62,580 bases of DNA. Source: a virus. Taxonomy: Duplodnaviria > Heunggongvirae > Uroviricota > Caudoviricetes. The position numbers and the translations under genes are program-made. The notes beneath the pieces were generated by a model that had not been told where the DNA came from, did not search any database, and saw only the letters and a list, made by a program, of their open reading frames with translations. Shown piece after piece: positions 1-8,920 of the stretch (positions are counted from its first letter, which is position 1; every line of letters starts with the position of its first letter). The stretch is from positions 64,001-126,580 of the IMG/VR virus record IMGVR_UViG_3300017963_002532; one strand, given 5' to 3'.

Positions 1-445
1 CCAACCAGTGGTAATGAAAAAACTGTCCGAGGGTGAAGGTCGGCATCATCGCACGGATCTGGTGGAACTTGAACTTCAGCTTGGGAATATCAAACCCACC
101 GATATTGTAGCCGGAAGGAATCCACTGCTTATTGTGGCGCTCCTTCATCTTAATCCATTCCTGACAGAACTCGTAGAACGACGGAGCCGCGAGGACCTCT
201 GCCTTACGAGCAGCAAGGTGGTTCATAGCCAACGCTTGCTTGGCATCTACCGTCTCCAGAACCTCTGGAGCCGAGGGTGCGATGAGAGTGTGGATACTAT
301 CCTTCTCTTCAAGGGTATTACCGTCCAGCAGCACGCCGCCGAACTCAATAATCTCTGCTCGCAGGTCAAGTCCCGTGGTCTCCGTATCGAATACGAAGAT
401 ATCAAACTTGTCCCCCGGGGTCTTCCTGGTCTTTTTTTCTGCCAT
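1..445 (-). CDS. DEDDh 3'-5' exonuclease (DnaQ/epsilon-like), partial, runs off the left edge; absent from the ORF track
   Basis: Hand translation from ATG at 445: MAEKKTRKTPGDKFDIFVFDTETTGLDLRAEIIEFGGVLLD...SGYNIGGFDIPKL. Contains ExoI (DTETTG) and ExoII (YN..FD) motifs; GGAG upstream. Confidence 0.85.
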   Translation of the reverse strand, partial: MAEKKTRKTPGDKFDIFVFDTETTGLDLRAEIIEFGGVLLDGNTLEEKDSIHTLIAPSAPEVLETVDAKQALAMNHLAARKAEVLAAPSFYEFCQEWIKMKERHNKQWIPSGYNIGGFDIPKLKFKFHQIRAMMPTFTLGQFFHYHWL

Positions 446-1022
446 CACTATCTCCGTTGGTTCCACGCTTGCGGAACGTCCTAAAGGAAACCTTGCCTGC
501 TTCCACTAACTTCTTGACCTTCTTCTGGCGCGTTGATAGACCCGCATTGCCGCTCTTAACCTCGACCAGAATGATCTCGTCATCCTTGATCACGAGGTAG
601 TCGAACGTCTTGAACACGGGGATTACGTTGTCTTCAATAATGTCGCCGGGGAAGTCTTCGAACAGCGGGGCAACCTTCTCCAGAATATGCCCGGTGCGGA
701 CCTCGCTGCTCTTACGGTCTGCCAGATACCGGCGGCTCTTTTCCTTCTCACCGCGTAGCTCCTTCTCGTAGTAATCAGCCTTCTCGGTCATTTCTTTCTG
801 GCTACGCTCAAGGAGTTTACGTAGCTTCCGTGCGTATGATTCTTCAGCCTCCTGCTGAGCCTGCTTCATCTCTGCTTTGTGCTCTTTAAGCATAGCAACC
901 ATAACGTCACGACGATCGAGATTACGTCGGAGATGGTACACAGCGACGCCAAGACTGACAATGATAACGGTGGCAACAATTCCTAAGACTGGCACTAATT
1001 GACTATACGTCGCAGCTTCCAT
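402..1022 (-). CDS. Membrane-anchored endonuclease related to archaeal Holliday junction resolvase (PD-(D/E)XK)
   Basis: N-terminal hydrophobic helix (LGIVATVIIVSLGVAVY), coiled coil, then SSEVRTGHILEKVAP...FDYLVI...ILVEVKSGNAGLSTRQ. Confidence 0.7.
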   Translation of the reverse strand: MEAATYSQLVPVLGIVATVIIVSLGVAVYHLRRNLDRRDVMVAMLKEHKAEMKQAQQEAEESYARKLRKLLERSQKEMTEKADYYEKELRGEKEKSRRYLADRKSSEVRTGHILEKVAPLFEDFPGDIIEDNVIPVFKTFDYLVIKDDEIILVEVKSGNAGLSTRQKKVKKLVEAGKVSFRTFRKRGTNGDSDGRKKDQEDPGGQV

Positions 1023-2922
1023 TCTTGCAAGACCTTTCCTGACCCGAGCCCTCCTCAGCGAGTTGGATCAACTGTTTTACTTCGTCTTCGTCCATATCGT
1101 GGACGTTGATCGACTCCAGGGGCGCTCCGCCCCCTCCAAAGTCCCTACTTCCTTCGCGGTAGATTGTCCACCCCTTGATATGCTTCCCGTACTTTAGGAT
1201 GTACCGAGCGATGCTCTCGGGGGTCGTATTCTCAGCGACGTTCGTTGTCTTCGAGATCGACTGATCAATCCACTGCTGCACGCGGGCGATCATCTTCATG
1301 TGTTCCTCGGCGGACACCTGATGAGCGCCGACACAGTTAACCGTGTCTGCTTCTGCGCGGAACAATTCCTTGAACAACGGGTCAATCACGATGCGTTCTA
1401 CGATAGTGCCGTCCTTCCTGAAACGACGCTTGAACGCTGCGGCAAAGATCGGCTCAATACCGCTGGAACAACCAGCCAACATGCTGATCGTGCCAGTCGG
1501 TGCGATCGAGAGGATCACCGCATTACGAATGCCGTGCTCTTCGATCTCTTCCTGCACGTCCGGCGGCAACGCCTGGATGAAGTCACAGTCGAAGTGACGA
1601 TCAGGATCAAACCGCTCGAATGCACCCTTCTCTTTCGCCAACCTGATAGACGCCCTGAACGACTCGTCGCGGATGGTCTTCATCAGACGATCCACAAACT
1701 CAAGCGACTGATCCGAGCCGTAACGCATCCCCATTTTAATGAGTAAGTGCGCTAAGCCCATAACGCCAAGACCAATACGCCGCGAGTTGTGTGACACCGC
1801 ACGCATCTCGTCCAGCGGGTATTGATTCACGGTCAACACGTTGTCCAAGAATCGTACACCGGCGCGGATAGCCTTCGCCAACAGCTTCCAGTTGACGTCG
1901 TTGGTCTTCGGGTCATACATCTTCAGGAGGTTGACAGAGCCGAGGCAACAATTGCCCAGGTTCGGCAGTAGAGCCTCCGTGCATGGGTTCACCGAAGCGA
2001 ACTTCTCAAAGTACCACGTCGTAAAGTTACGCTTGATCAGGTCTTCATTGATGATGCCGGGTTCTCCTGACTTATGAGCGTTCTCTGCCAGAATCTCCAG
2101 GATCTCATGCGCACCGATCTCGCGCTCCGATAGCGCCGTGAACTTGTCTGACTCATCGATACGATAGTGAACGTCAGCCCGAATGACGGCGTCCTTCTTG
2201 TCAGTAGCAATGACCTCGATTTCATCTGACCGGCGCTTCCAGCCGCTTTCCTCATTGCGGTAGCCCGTGCGACGCACCTTATATAGTCTATACTCACGAC
2301 CCGAGAACTTGAACACCCACGGCTTTTTCTGTTTCGCAGCCTTCAAGAACTCGTCATTGATGATGATCGAGATGTTGTGGTTCGTTAGCTCGCCAAGATC
2401 CAGCTTCACCTTCAAGAACTCAAGAACATCTGGATGGCTAATGTGCAGAAGACCAATCAGCGCGGCTCTACGCGCCCCACCAGCCTTTACCTCATTACCA
2501 ATACAGTCGATCTTGCGCATCTCGCTGATGACGCCGGGCGCTTGACCGTGCATACCCTGAAGAGCATCGCCCTTCGGTCGAATACGCGAGTAGTTGATAC
2601 CACAGCCACCGAAATTGACCGACGTAATATATACGTCATGGAGTAGTTTGCCGATTGATTGTGCGTTGTCTTCTACCTGGAACGCAAAACAATTCAGTAG
2701 TTGGGGACGACTCCGTCCCGCACCATATAGCACGCGACCACCGGGCACGAAGAGCATATCATCCATGACTTCGTGGAACTGCTCGGCGACTTCTTGCTGC
2801 TTATCCGGCGACTCAACATTGACTACCCATTGAACAACTCGATTGACTACATCTTCCCATGTATTTTCAGTAGGTAAAGCATACCTACTCTTCAGGATCT
2901 CTAGCTGGAGCGGGTTCAGCAC
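1003..2922 (-). CDS. nrdJ: Class II (adenosylcobalamin-dependent) ribonucleotide reductase
   Basis: PGGRVL, LLNCF, GGARRAAL, GEPG, NPCTE, CCLGSVNL, RRIGLGVMG, IAPTGTIS, SSGIEP, TIYREGSR and C-terminal CKNGSC; no beta subunit nearby. Confidence 0.9.
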   Translation of the reverse strand: MLNPLQLEILKSRYALPTENTWEDVVNRVVQWVVNVESPDKQQEVAEQFHEVMDDMLFVPGGRVLYGAGRSRPQLLNCFAFQVEDNAQSIGKLLHDVYITSVNFGGCGINYSRIRPKGDALQGMHGQAPGVISEMRKIDCIGNEVKAGGARRAALIGLLHISHPDVLEFLKVKLDLGELTNHNISIIINDEFLKAAKQKKPWVFKFSGREYRLYKVRRTGYRNEESGWKRRSDEIEVIATDKKDAVIRADVHYRIDESDKFTALSEREIGAHEILEILAENAHKSGEPGIINEDLIKRNFTTWYFEKFASVNPCTEALLPNLGNCCLGSVNLLKMYDPKTNDVNWKLLAKAIRAGVRFLDNVLTVNQYPLDEMRAVSHNSRRIGLGVMGLAHLLIKMGMRYGSDQSLEFVDRLMKTIRDESFRASIRLAKEKGAFERFDPDRHFDCDFIQALPPDVQEEIEEHGIRNAVILSIAPTGTISMLAGCSSGIEPIFAAAFKRRFRKDGTIVERIVIDPLFKELFRAEADTVNCVGAHQVSAEEHMKMIARVQQWIDQSISKTTNVAENTTPESIARYILKYGKHIKGWTIYREGSRDFGGGGAPLESINVHDMDEDEVKQLIQLAEEGSGQERSCKNGSCDV

Positions 2923-4099
2923 CTTCTACACCCCCAAGGGACTCTTGTGTTAATACATCCTTCACGCGCTTCGCAGCCCTCTCCGCCCCTGCGAGAAAGA
3001 GATCAAGCACGCTGTATCCATAACCGGCGTTCAATACCACCTTGTTACTGCCAGGAGCAAGTCGAGTGAAGGGTAGGAGACTCATTGGCTTCCTGTAATT
3101 AGAAGACCAAATGTACTCTTGGTAATAGTGTCCTTTACTGAATGGCACGTATTGGGTCAGAAATCTCTGAGCCTTACGGATATCGTCGTCATTGTATCCG
3201 AAGTTACCGCCCTGTGTGGGACGCCCTCTAAACGAATAGATGAGACGTCCATCCTGAATAGACCACGCCTGGATGCCGGTGACCGTGCGTGCGGTCATCG
3301 GGATCTTACCCGCCACCTTTTCGATGGGAGAGGTCGTGAAGCATAGGCTGGCAGTCTCGGGTCCGAACAGTTCGGCTGGGTCCGTGTAAAAATGCGTGAG
3401 ATTGTCAGTGCAGATGACGGCTGTGCGAGCCTTAACCAGCATACCCTCATCCGACATGATATCTACACCGTCGTCAGTTTCCTCGATATGATCTACGGTG
3501 AAATACTCGACCGCCGAGTTGTTGACGAACGTTCCGTTGATCGCAATAAGTAGGTCGAGTAGCTTACTCGGGTTGATCGTTGCCTCACCCGGGTAATATA
3601 GTCCTGCTGTAAACTTGCCAGCCACAAGGTCGGCTACTTGCTTGTGATCGAGTTCGTCGCAAACAATGCCATTCTTGACTAGTAGCCCATGAAGGACCTC
3701 TAGCTGGGCAACCTGTGTCTCATTCGCGGCGAGATGCACGCCGCCGTTGCATACGAGATCCGCGTCGTAGCTAATCTCATGGATCAACTCTTTCAGCATG
3801 TCCCGGCTCTTCTCAGCCAGCCGGACACGCTCAATAATAACGTCCTCGCTATGCGTGTTCGGAGAGCAGTCGGGCACGGTGCAGACCGCGCCGATGTTAC
3901 GAGACGACTCTCCGCAGCCAAGTGTTCCGCGCTCCAGTATGATGCAGCGCAGGTTATACTGGCTTAAAAAGTACATTGTGGCGAGCCCTTTAAGCCCGCC
4001 ACCAATGATTGCAATATCCACTTCGTCTCGTGGAAAGCCGAATGCGTTATGGCTTCGCCTCTCCGTCGTCCAGAATGGTTTGTGCTTTATCGTCGCCAC
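2885..4099 (-). CDS. FAD-dependent oxidoreductase (DAO/glycine oxidase/PuuB-like)
   Basis: DIAIIGGGLKG Rossmann motif, ILERG, GESSRNIG, GGVHLA, EATINP, C-terminal NAGYG. Confidence 0.8.
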   Translation of the reverse strand: MATIKHKPFWTTERRSHNAFGFPRDEVDIAIIGGGLKGLATMYFLSQYNLRCIILERGTLGCGESSRNIGAVCTVPDCSPNTHSEDVIIERVRLAEKSRDMLKELIHEISYDADLVCNGGVHLAANETQVAQLEVLHGLLVKNGIVCDELDHKQVADLVAGKFTAGLYYPGEATINPSKLLDLLIAINGTFVNNSAVEYFTVDHIEETDDGVDIMSDEGMLVKARTAVICTDNLTHFYTDPAELFGPETASLCFTTSPIEKVAGKIPMTARTVTGIQAWSIQDGRLIYSFRGRPTQGGNFGYNDDDIRKAQRFLTQYVPFSKGHYYQEYIWSSNYRKPMSLLPFTRLAPGSNKVVLNAGYGYSVLDLFLAGAERAAKRVKDVLTQESLGGVEGAEPAPARDPEE

Positions 4100-4328
4100 G
4101 TTGCTCTTCCTTTAGCTGTCTGTAGTGCTCTCGTTCGATCTCTCTTCGGCGTCGTGAGTACTTCTTGTGGCAGTTGTTACATATTACACTGTGTTCTTTG
4201 ATGACCACCCCGTAATAAGTACGTCTCACTAATGTAGAGCGAGGAGGCTGCTCCTTCTTCCAGAGCAACCTCCGTTTTCCACACTCAGGGCAATCATAGA
4301 ACTTAAGTTCGTCGCCCTTATAGGTCAT
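4047..4328 (-). CDS. Small zinc-finger protein
   Basis: CPEC...CNNC; likely start ATG 4328, overlapping the dut stop (ATGA). Confidence 0.55.
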   Translation of the reverse strand: MTYKGDELKFYDCPECGKRRLLWKKEQPPRSTLVRRTYYGVVIKEHSVICNNCHKKYSRRRREIEREHYRQLKEEQRGDDKAQTILDDGEAKP

Positions 4329-4771
4329 TTTCCAGAACTCCCAAGGCACTGAGTGCCGCGCTCGGTATCGGATAGCTCATCCACTTCCTTTACGTCGTGT
4401 GTCGGCGTTGGAATTAGAATGAACTGCGCGATCTTGTCACCGGGCTCGATCTTATGACGAGGCATCGACTGATTACCGGCAAGGAGTTGCATCCACACGA
4501 TAACCTCACCGCGCCAATCTTCATCGACCACACCGGCACGAACCGCAATTCCCTTCGTCCCCATGCTGCCGCGCTCCTTGACAATGAAGCCGTAGCCGGG
4601 CGGCGGCTCGATGGCAATGCCAGTCTGAAATTCCTGGGGACCCATATCGTTCCACAGGGTAATAGCCTTACCATCTTTAGGGCAGAAGTAGATATCATAC
4701 CCCAGCGGGGTGTCGTACGCCCGAGACGGTAACTTCGCCTCGGGACGCAGCTTCTTGACCTTGATCGTCAT
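4325..4771 (-). CDS. dut: Trimeric dUTPase
   Basis: GYDIY, ERGSMG, GVVDEDWRGE, GDKIAQ, TERGTQCLGSSG (motifs I-V). Confidence 0.92.
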   Translation of the reverse strand: MTIKVKKLRPEAKLPSRAYDTPLGYDIYFCPKDGKAITLWNDMGPQEFQTGIAIEPPPGYGFIVKERGSMGTKGIAVRAGVVDEDWRGEVIVWMQLLAGNQSMPRHKIEPGDKIAQFILIPTPTHDVKEVDELSDTERGTQCLGSSGK

Positions 4772-5334
4772 TAGTCAGTTTTCCTCACAAACGTCTGAGC
4801 AGCGAAGTACTTGCTCATAGTAACACGAACGATCTCACGCAGAGCGATCTTCTCATGCGGCTTGAGATACGTCATAACCTTATTGTGACCCTTACCGGTG
4901 TTCTGAGACATCGATAGGATGGTGTCCTTGGTCTTGTCACTATTGTCGAGTGTCAGATCCTTGGTCATTTTCTCGTCCGCACCTGCGGGCTGATACTGGT
5001 GAACAATCTGAACCTCATCGATTCGGTTGCCCTTGGCGTCCTTGTGATACCCCTCCAGCATGACGAGCATCTGAGAAAGATCTACGAGATCCAAACAAAT
5101 GCGAATCGTCTCCGGGTGAGGTTTTCCGCCTTCGACAACCCAGACAAACGCAGAGTCCTTCGCGCCCTTGGCAGGCTTTGCCTTGGTCTGCGGCGCTGCG
5201 GTGACAAAGATACAGGGAGTCGGCAGCTTCTTGCCGCTGTTCTTCTTCTCACCGATTTCAAACTGAAATGCTGCGCCTCGACGGTTAGGATAATTGCCAT
5301 TCGGTTTATAGATATCAAATCGCCCCATGATCAC
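4771..5334 (-). CDS. Hypothetical protein, possible Whirly/PC4-fold ssDNA-binding protein
   Basis: Pattern FDIYK..AAFQFE / IFVTAAP / FVW / ICLDLVDLSQML / IVHQ / KDLTL / LSMSQN / terminal amphipathic helix parallels Whirly domains by eye. Confidence 0.45.
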   Translation of the reverse strand: MIMGRFDIYKPNGNYPNRRGAAFQFEIGEKKNSGKKLPTPCIFVTAAPQTKAKPAKGAKDSAFVWVVEGGKPHPETIRICLDLVDLSQMLVMLEGYHKDAKGNRIDEVQIVHQYQPAGADEKMTKDLTLDNSDKTKDTILSMSQNTGKGHNKVMTYLKPHEKIALREIVRVTMSKYFAAQTFVRKTD

Positions 5335-5978
5335 GCCTTCCTGTCGTTAATATAACGGCTAACCTTAGTTGCTTCGATACTCGAAAGCTTTTCCAGTTTA
5401 CGTTTAGCCGTCGTCTTCTTGGGAAACAAAGTCTCCAGGATTTCATCAATATCAAGCTTCCGGGTCTTCGCCATCGTCTTGATACCGCGAATCTGGAGGT
5501 CACTAATTAGTTCGTCCGGGTCCGCGAATGCGTCATGTGACGTCATCGGGTCCATCTCTTCCGCCGCTCGCTCGATGTTGAACGCACGGGCGAAGCAACG
5601 ACCCATCGCACGCGACGTAGCAGTCGCCACGGGGAAGTTGCCGTATTTCATACAGTTGCCGTAGTGACAATCTGCCGCATCCGAGACCTCAATCCCGTCG
5701 GCAAACTTCACACGCACGCTGACAAACGCCAGAGGAATCTCGACGGTCTCCCCCTTCTTGTACCGAGTAGATTGGTATGAAGTCACACCAAGATTGTCAA
5801 TTCGCATTTCTACGATGCCACGGATATTGGCAAGCCTTCTCAGCCCCTTGAGAATAGGAGCCTTGTCTTTGCCTTCACCGTCAAACTCATCACTGCGGAG
5901 GTACTGGAGCCAGTCGTGGCTCGGTTCCTCCTTCAAGAGTTTATGCATCTCATCTTGAGTCAGTTCTTTATCGCTCAT
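5331..5978 (-). CDS. Rad52/Sak-like single-strand annealing protein
   Basis: ILKGLRRLA, FVSVRVKF, SDAAD, ATATSRAMGRCFARAFNI...AEEM, followed by a helical C-terminal domain. Confidence 0.6.
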   Translation of the reverse strand: MSDKELTQDEMHKLLKEEPSHDWLQYLRSDEFDGEGKDKAPILKGLRRLANIRGIVEMRIDNLGVTSYQSTRYKKGETVEIPLAFVSVRVKFADGIEVSDAADCHYGNCMKYGNFPVATATSRAMGRCFARAFNIERAAEEMDPMTSHDAFADPDELISDLQIRGIKTMAKTRKLDIDEILETLFPKKTTAKRKLEKLSSIEATKVSRYINDRKA

Positions 5979-6004
5979 GAATCACTCCAAAAAGTGGACC
6001 GCTC

Positions 6005-6041
6005 CCATAAGTATTATGGCAATAGAGCTAGATTTCTTTCT
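6005..6041 (-). promoter_or_regulatory. Putative phage promoter, copy 1 of GAAA-N16-GCCATAAT-N3-TATRG
   Basis: Minus strand AGAAAG AAATCTAGCTCTATT GCCATAAT ACT TATGG, in the gap upstream of the annealase gene. Confidence 0.65.
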
Positions 6042-6631
6042 TAGTTATTTAGGGAATCCGGATCGAGTTTCGGATCGAGGCGAAGCGCCTCCTTGACGAT
6101 TACGATGGTGGGTACGCTGAACATGCGTGAGAGAACACGTTTGCCGAGATGAAGTCGATTGAGGAAACTTGCCTCATCCTTCTTCGGGATTCTGAAGTCG
6201 CGGTACATCTCGCTCTCAGCAACCAGTTGGAAGATCTTTTCACGACGCTTCTCAAGTTGCTTGGACTCAAAGCCCTCGAACTTAGCATTCACGACAGGAG
6301 AATCCGCAATCGTTTTCTCCGGTTTGGCGGGCGCGTCTTCCTGACGAGGAACCGGCATGGTGTTGTCCCTGCCAACTTCCTGTAGGCGTTCGCGGTCAAG
6401 CTGCTTGTCAAGCCGGGCAATAGCACGATTCATATCGCGGATAGTCTCTACCTCAAGTTCGCGCTTAAGGCGACCGATATCGCTCGGCAGCAAGTTCATC
6501 TTATTCTTGAACTCGAACTGAGATGCCTGACGCTTTAGCATCTCCAAAAACCTAATCTTCTGCTTGGTAGAAAGAACCCGTGCCTTTTCACTGGTCACCT
6601 GGGCTCTCTTAGCATCGTCTAAATGACTCAT
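6041..6631 (-). CDS. Hypothetical protein (charged, helical)
   Basis: Intact 196-aa ORF abutting the upstream gene; no recognised motif. Confidence 0.6.
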   Translation of the reverse strand: MSHLDDAKRAQVTSEKARVLSTKQKIRFLEMLKRQASQFEFKNKMNLLPSDIGRLKRELEVETIRDMNRAIARLDKQLDRERLQEVGRDNTMPVPRQEDAPAKPEKTIADSPVVNAKFEGFESKQLEKRREKIFQLVAESEMYRDFRIPKKDEASFLNRLHLGKRVLSRMFSVPTIVIVKEALRLDPKLDPDSLNN

Positions 6632-7749
6632 TACTTATACATCCCTTCAAGTAACTTCCTGTTATCTTTCACCCAGCGGTGAACTTGACGATAACCCTCT
6701 TCGATGGTCACCTTTGGTGTCCATCCGAACTCCTGAGAAACGGCGCTGATATCTGAGATATAGATACAGTGATCCGCCATTCTCTCTTCCTTATTATACG
6801 ATATTTGAAGCCGTTTACGACTGATTTTCTCGACAATCTGAGTGGCTTCTCGTAAAGAAAGAGTAGATCCCGCGCCGCCGCCGACATTGTAAACGGAGCC
6901 GATATACCGCTCCGGATCGGCGCTTAGGGCAATTGCCTGTAAGTGCATTAATGGGCAGAGGTCGTCCGTCCAGAGCACGTCCCGGACCTGTGCGCCCTGC
7001 CATCCGATGTACTCGATCGGGAGTCCCAGGAGCGCCGCGATCATCCACCACGCGACCCATCCCTGCTCCGGCTTGCCCCACTGACACGGTCCCGCGAGGC
7101 AGGAGAACCGGTTCACGATCGCCGGGATACCAAAGGCGTGGGACCACTCCCGCACCAGGATATCCGCAGACGCCTTAGAAGCCCCGTAGATGGACTTCTC
7201 AGCGCCGTTGATGGTCAGGTCAGACGAGTATCCAAGCGCCGGATCGAAGCCCTCTGGAGCCTCATAGCCGTCAGGGAAGGAGATATACGGGTTCTCGTCG
7301 TCGATGAGCGCCTGCCAGTCCCACACCCAACGGTCTCCTTCCAGCTTACGAGGAGCCTCGTTGATCACGTCGGCGCTGTAGACCTTATTCGTGGAGAAGA
7401 AGATCAAGGACTGAGCATTCCCGGCGCGGATATACTCCAGCGTATTCACGACGCCAGCCGTGTTGTTCGTGTAGTCATACTGCGGATTGTTATACCCGTC
7501 AACCGCCGTAGGTTGAGCGGCACAGTCAACGACTACGTTGTACTCACCCGGCAACCGTGCAAAGTCTTCCATACAACGCACGTCGCCATGAAAGAACCTA
7601 ATACCTAGCTTCTTGAACTCTGCTAGATTGTTATGAACACCGTAGCGGGTTAGATTGTCCATCACATGGACGTTGTAACCCTTCTTCACGAAAAAGCGGG
7701 CGATGTTCGACCCGATCGCGCCGCAACCCCCAAGAATGAGAACTCTCAT
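6631..7749 (-). CDS. NDP-sugar epimerase (extended SDR), CDP-paratose 2-epimerase/RfbE-like
   Basis: ILGGCGAIG, DNLTR, FFSTNKVY, YGASK, NRFSCLAGPCQWGKPEQGWVAWW, QVRDVL..DDL. Confidence 0.8.
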   Translation of the reverse strand: MRVLILGGCGAIGSNIARFFVKKGYNVHVMDNLTRYGVHNNLAEFKKLGIRFFHGDVRCMEDFARLPGEYNVVVDCAAQPTAVDGYNNPQYDYTNNTAGVVNTLEYIRAGNAQSLIFFSTNKVYSADVINEAPRKLEGDRWVWDWQALIDDENPYISFPDGYEAPEGFDPALGYSSDLTINGAEKSIYGASKASADILVREWSHAFGIPAIVNRFSCLAGPCQWGKPEQGWVAWWMIAALLGLPIEYIGWQGAQVRDVLWTDDLCPLMHLQAIALSADPERYIGSVYNVGGGAGSTLSLREATQIVEKISRKRLQISYNKEERMADHCIYISDISAVSQEFGWTPKVTIEEGYRQVHRWVKDNRKLLEGMYK

Positions 7750-7759
7750 ACTTCCCCCA

Positions 7760-8920
7760 TTACTTTTTGCACTTGCAACCGCCCTTACAGCGGGGCTTGT
7801 CTTCCAGAATCTTTTTGATCACTGCCACGATATTCTGCGACGGCGTATAGTCGTTGTAGGAGTCGTAGTAGTAATTATCCCATGCGCGGTTCATTGAACG
7901 CAGCGCACCATATAAGGCAACGTCATCCTGAATCCTCATAGTCCACAGAAACGCATTACCGTCGTCCGGATTGTTAGGAATCAGGGTTGTCGGACGCTCT
8001 GTAGAATCCCGTAGGATCAGGCATGGCTTCCGGAAGTAGTGAGACTCCTCAGATGAGGTAGAACCACTGTCGCTGACCACGACGTTACACCCGGCGACGA
8101 GCCGCAAGAAATCCTCCTGTGTCTGTGAGTCGAGAATCTCCACGCTGTCCGGAATGAAGTCGAGCAAACCGTACTTCTCTAGCTCCTTCCGTGTGCGCCC
8201 GTAACAGACGAACTTAGCCTTGCGCCCGCCCTGATAGATCTCGCGCAGTAGGTGAACGAAGTAGGTGAGGTTCTTCTCGTTCATGTTGTTGCCGCGATGG
8301 AACGACACAAGGTCATAGTCGCCCACGGTGGGTTGGATACCCCACTTGGTGACGTAGTAGTCCAGCGCCTCGATGATCGTATTCCCAACCACGTGGATCG
8401 TCTCTGGTAGATGACCCTCGCGGATTAGGTGTGGCACATACTCATGGAGATACACGAACTTGTGGTCCGCGATAGCGTCCATCGCCACCCGGTTGATCTC
8501 CTCCGGCAAGTCGAAGTTCTTATAGGCTGTCTCAAGTTTGCCCGACCGCATCGCGCACTCGATCCTGGCGTACTTGATACCCATGCGCTTCGCAATGAGA
8601 CCACTCAGGCACGGATTCATATCGCCCAGGTTGACGAAGAGGTCCGGCTTGATCTCTGCCAGCAACTCGGGTAGCCGATAGAATAGGCGGCTTAGCTGCT
8701 CATACCAGTTCTCGCCCTTCGCGCCGATGCCGAGGTTGTAGTCCGGCTCGCGCAATCCAAGGTTCTCAATAAACGCACGATCAAGCACGTCCGTATGAGA
8801 ATGCTGACCGCTGTTGATGAAGATACACTCGATATCTCGATCTGCGTCCAGGTTCTCAATCAGCCGCGCCAACCGAGCAAAGTCCGGTCGCCCGGCGGCA
8901 AAGACTACCACCTTCTTCAT
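7760..8920 (-). CDS. wecB: UDP-N-acetylglucosamine 2-epimerase (non-hydrolysing type)
   Basis: GRPDF, SGQH, GDMN, ECAMRS, PEEINR, VVGNTIIEAL, SFHR, VVSDSG, EE, LRDSTERP. Confidence 0.85.
   Translation of the reverse strand: MKKVVVFAAGRPDFARLARLIENLDADRDIECIFINSGQHSHTDVLDRAFIENLGLREPDYNLGIGAKGENWYEQLSRLFYRLPELLAEIKPDLFVNLGDMNPCLSGLIAKRMGIKYARIECAMRSGKLETAYKNFDLPEEINRVAMDAIADHKFVYLHEYVPHLIREGHLPETIHVVGNTIIEALDYYVTKWGIQPTVGDYDLVSFHRGNNMNEKNLTYFVHLLREIYQGGRKAKFVCYGRTRKELEKYGLLDFIPDSVEILDSQTQEDFLRLVAGCNVVVSDSGSTSSEESHYFRKPCLILRDSTERPTTLIPNNPDDGNAFLWTMRIQDDVALYGALRSMNRAWDNYYYDSYNDYTPSQNIVAVIKKILEDKPRCKGGCKCKK

Noticed and set aside
6005-6019. CCATAA-N3-TTATGG palindrome at promoter copy 1 as an operator
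   Set aside because: The symmetry is only partial in copies 2 and 3 and is explained by the promoter consensus itself
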